The position numbers and the translations under genes are program-made. Under the pieces are notes generated by a model. That model searched no databases and was not told the origin of the DNA. It saw only the letters and a program-made list of their open reading frames with translations. DNA of 64,000 bases from Acanthaster planci (lineage: Eukaryota), in the NCBI RefSeq assembly GCF_001949145.1, contig NW_019091355.1:618083-682082 (forward strand), read 5' to 3'. Positions within the stretch are counted from its first letter, which is position 1; each line of letters starts with the position of its first letter. Shown one piece after another: positions 61,838 through 64,000 of the stretch.

Positions 61838-64000
61838 GGCAACACATAATGGACTGTGGATCAACTGAACCTGACCAGGGTCTGTTATCCAACATACAAG
61901 CAGCAGAAAACACATCCTGGGTGACTGGGACCAGACCAAAGTCTGTATCAACCTGCTCAGCTTTCAAGCAACAAATCAAAACAGGACTACAACCACATCA
62001 AATCTGATGGACAAACTTCCATTTCAATATTCTGTCTTCAACCAGACAAAAACCGAACGCCAAAGTGAATTGTCCTCTTACAGAATGCCTCTTTCAGACA
62101 CAGTCTGACCTTGTACTGTTGTAGCAAGCGGCTACATTTTATACTACATGTGACTACAGTCAGGTCAAGTCTGCTATCCAAACTCTGTTTCTGCAAGAGA
62201 CTTAATGACTTGAGGGGGCTGGAGCCTGACAAAGTCTTGTTAGCCCATATGATAAACTAAAAAAAAGGATGTTATATTTTACTGCTTCTACTCTGACCAC
62301 GAAGTTTAAGTGTACACAAAATCTTTTACCCATGTGTATGTTCTTTCCAATCTTTTTTTTTTTCATTTTGTTGGTCTAAAGCACAAGGAAAAAAGTTACG
62401 CACCTTGGTTTTCAACCAGACGAACAATCAATTGGGTCCATAAAAATAAACACATTTGACTTGTGTAAGTTATGTTGGTTCTTTTCCAATGAAAACACTA
62501 ACGAAACCTCTAACACGGACTTTTGGCAGGTCAAGATATCATCCTTACCAATATCCTGTGATTAGAGCAAAGAAATTTCACTTGAAAATTGGAAACTAAT
62601 GTCTCAAATCAAGAAGAAAGCCCAGAGATAAGTAAACTTCATGGATACTTGTCAAACCAATAAGTTATTTAATACAACTTTAAACTCATATTTATTACCC
62701 TGCATTTATAAAAACGTCTTCATATCATAGGCTCATTGTTTTTTTTCGTGAAGATTTAATCCCAGATTGTTTAAATGAAAGCAATTTCTTCAAATGCTCT
62801 AATTTCCTGAAAAAAGGGAGGATTAGTTTTATTTTTTTTGGTAACTTGAAAACAAAATGTTAAAAAATTGGGTTCTAGCTCAAGAAGAATTTAAAGGTCA
62901 TTAAGCAGGCCATTGAAATAAACCCTTATTTGAGTCAGAACATTTAAAGAAGGGAGGTGTGGTTCCATAAATTTCACAAACAAGTTCTATTTCTACAAGA
63001 AAATCAAGACAATAAAAGTCTTTATTTCAAAACCCCCAAAAAACTTCAACAGTGATTTCAGAATTTTCAGTGTGTTCTGTGGCACGGTGTCACAGGTATG
63101 AAGACAAGCATTAAGAAGAAAATTAATACACATAAAACCATTTTAAATTATTCTACACAAAACTTATTACAAATAAATATGTACAAACAACCTGCTATTT
63201 TTTTGATTTTGTAGTTTGCAACTAAACGGTAAAAGTCTTACTGTTGTATTTCTTGCATGTTGTTACCCCACAAATGGTGACATAATCAAAGTTTTCTCAA
63301 TTTAGAATGGCATCGTTTACCAGGTTACTGAATGGAAAAGTGTTTTTGTCAAATTTTAAAATTTGTATCTGTATACTTGAAGAGAAGTTTTTTGCAGTTT
63401 AGTTAGCAGTACTATGGTCAATATTGTGCTAGAAATCTACAATATTTGTCACAAGACAAAATGTTGTGCTTTGAGCCAAGCATGTCTCAAGAAGATGATC
63501 GATGAATGAAATTTTTAAAAGTACAACTTTTGATCATTTTTTATATCTCTGGATGCCATTTTAGAGGCATCCAAATGAACCATATTGTTACACATATGTC
63601 TTATTTGGATCAACCTGGATACTTCGTTGGGCATGAATGGATATTTCTGCTGTATCACTGTTACTTTAGGACTAATTTTTTTTTCCTGATTAAAGAGCCT
63701 TCTTTTTTCCCGGCTTTATCGATTAACCCTCACCCCCAGGCCCTTTTTGCTAGGAACCCTCCTCAATCCTTTGATTTCGGGGGCGAAAAAATTGGATTCT
63801 CCCTCAATCCTCCAAAATCCTCCAAAATTTCTTGAAAATGTTACTAGGAGGTGTGCCTACTGCCTCAATCCTTTAAAAGCCTGCGGCAATTCCTGTCATT
63901 ATGTTGAGGCAATGCGAATGGCATTCTTGAGCAGTGTGGTTGATTCAAAAGAAATATCGGGCTGAATTTATGCATGGCTAAGCAAAAACAACACAAGGTC

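Noticed and set aside
61385..61951. 188-aa minus-strand ORF
   Set aside because: Antisense to the last CNBD2-like exon, with no recognisable domain.

Overview
Eukaryotic, intron-rich animal genomic DNA. It is probably from a marine invertebrate deuterostome such as an echinoderm, which is inferred from vertebrate-like proteins, compact introns and repeat style rather than proven. Three co-oriented minus-strand genes are tightly packed in transcription order: WAPL (15 coding exons, 1024 aa), a 4E-BP (EIF4EBP; 3 exons, 118 aa) and MASK/ANKHD1/ANKRD17 (31 exons, 2500 aa). An intact tRNA-Thr(TGT) gene lies between the 4E-BP and MASK. A CNBD2-like cyclic-nucleotide-binding protein gene (14 exons, about 459 aa) is divergent on the plus strand. 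Exon chains were built by hand from GT-AG junctions, and each sums to an open frame. Non-coding DNA holds many small MITEs and SINEs. The most notable points are: the 4E-BP/MASK adjacency, which recalls the human ANKHD1-EIF4EBP3 read-through pair but in reversed order with a tRNA between; a convergent pair of Pol III-like units; and 60-bp TTAA-flanked palindromes with compensatory changes. No prokaryotic systems or CRISPR arrays are present.
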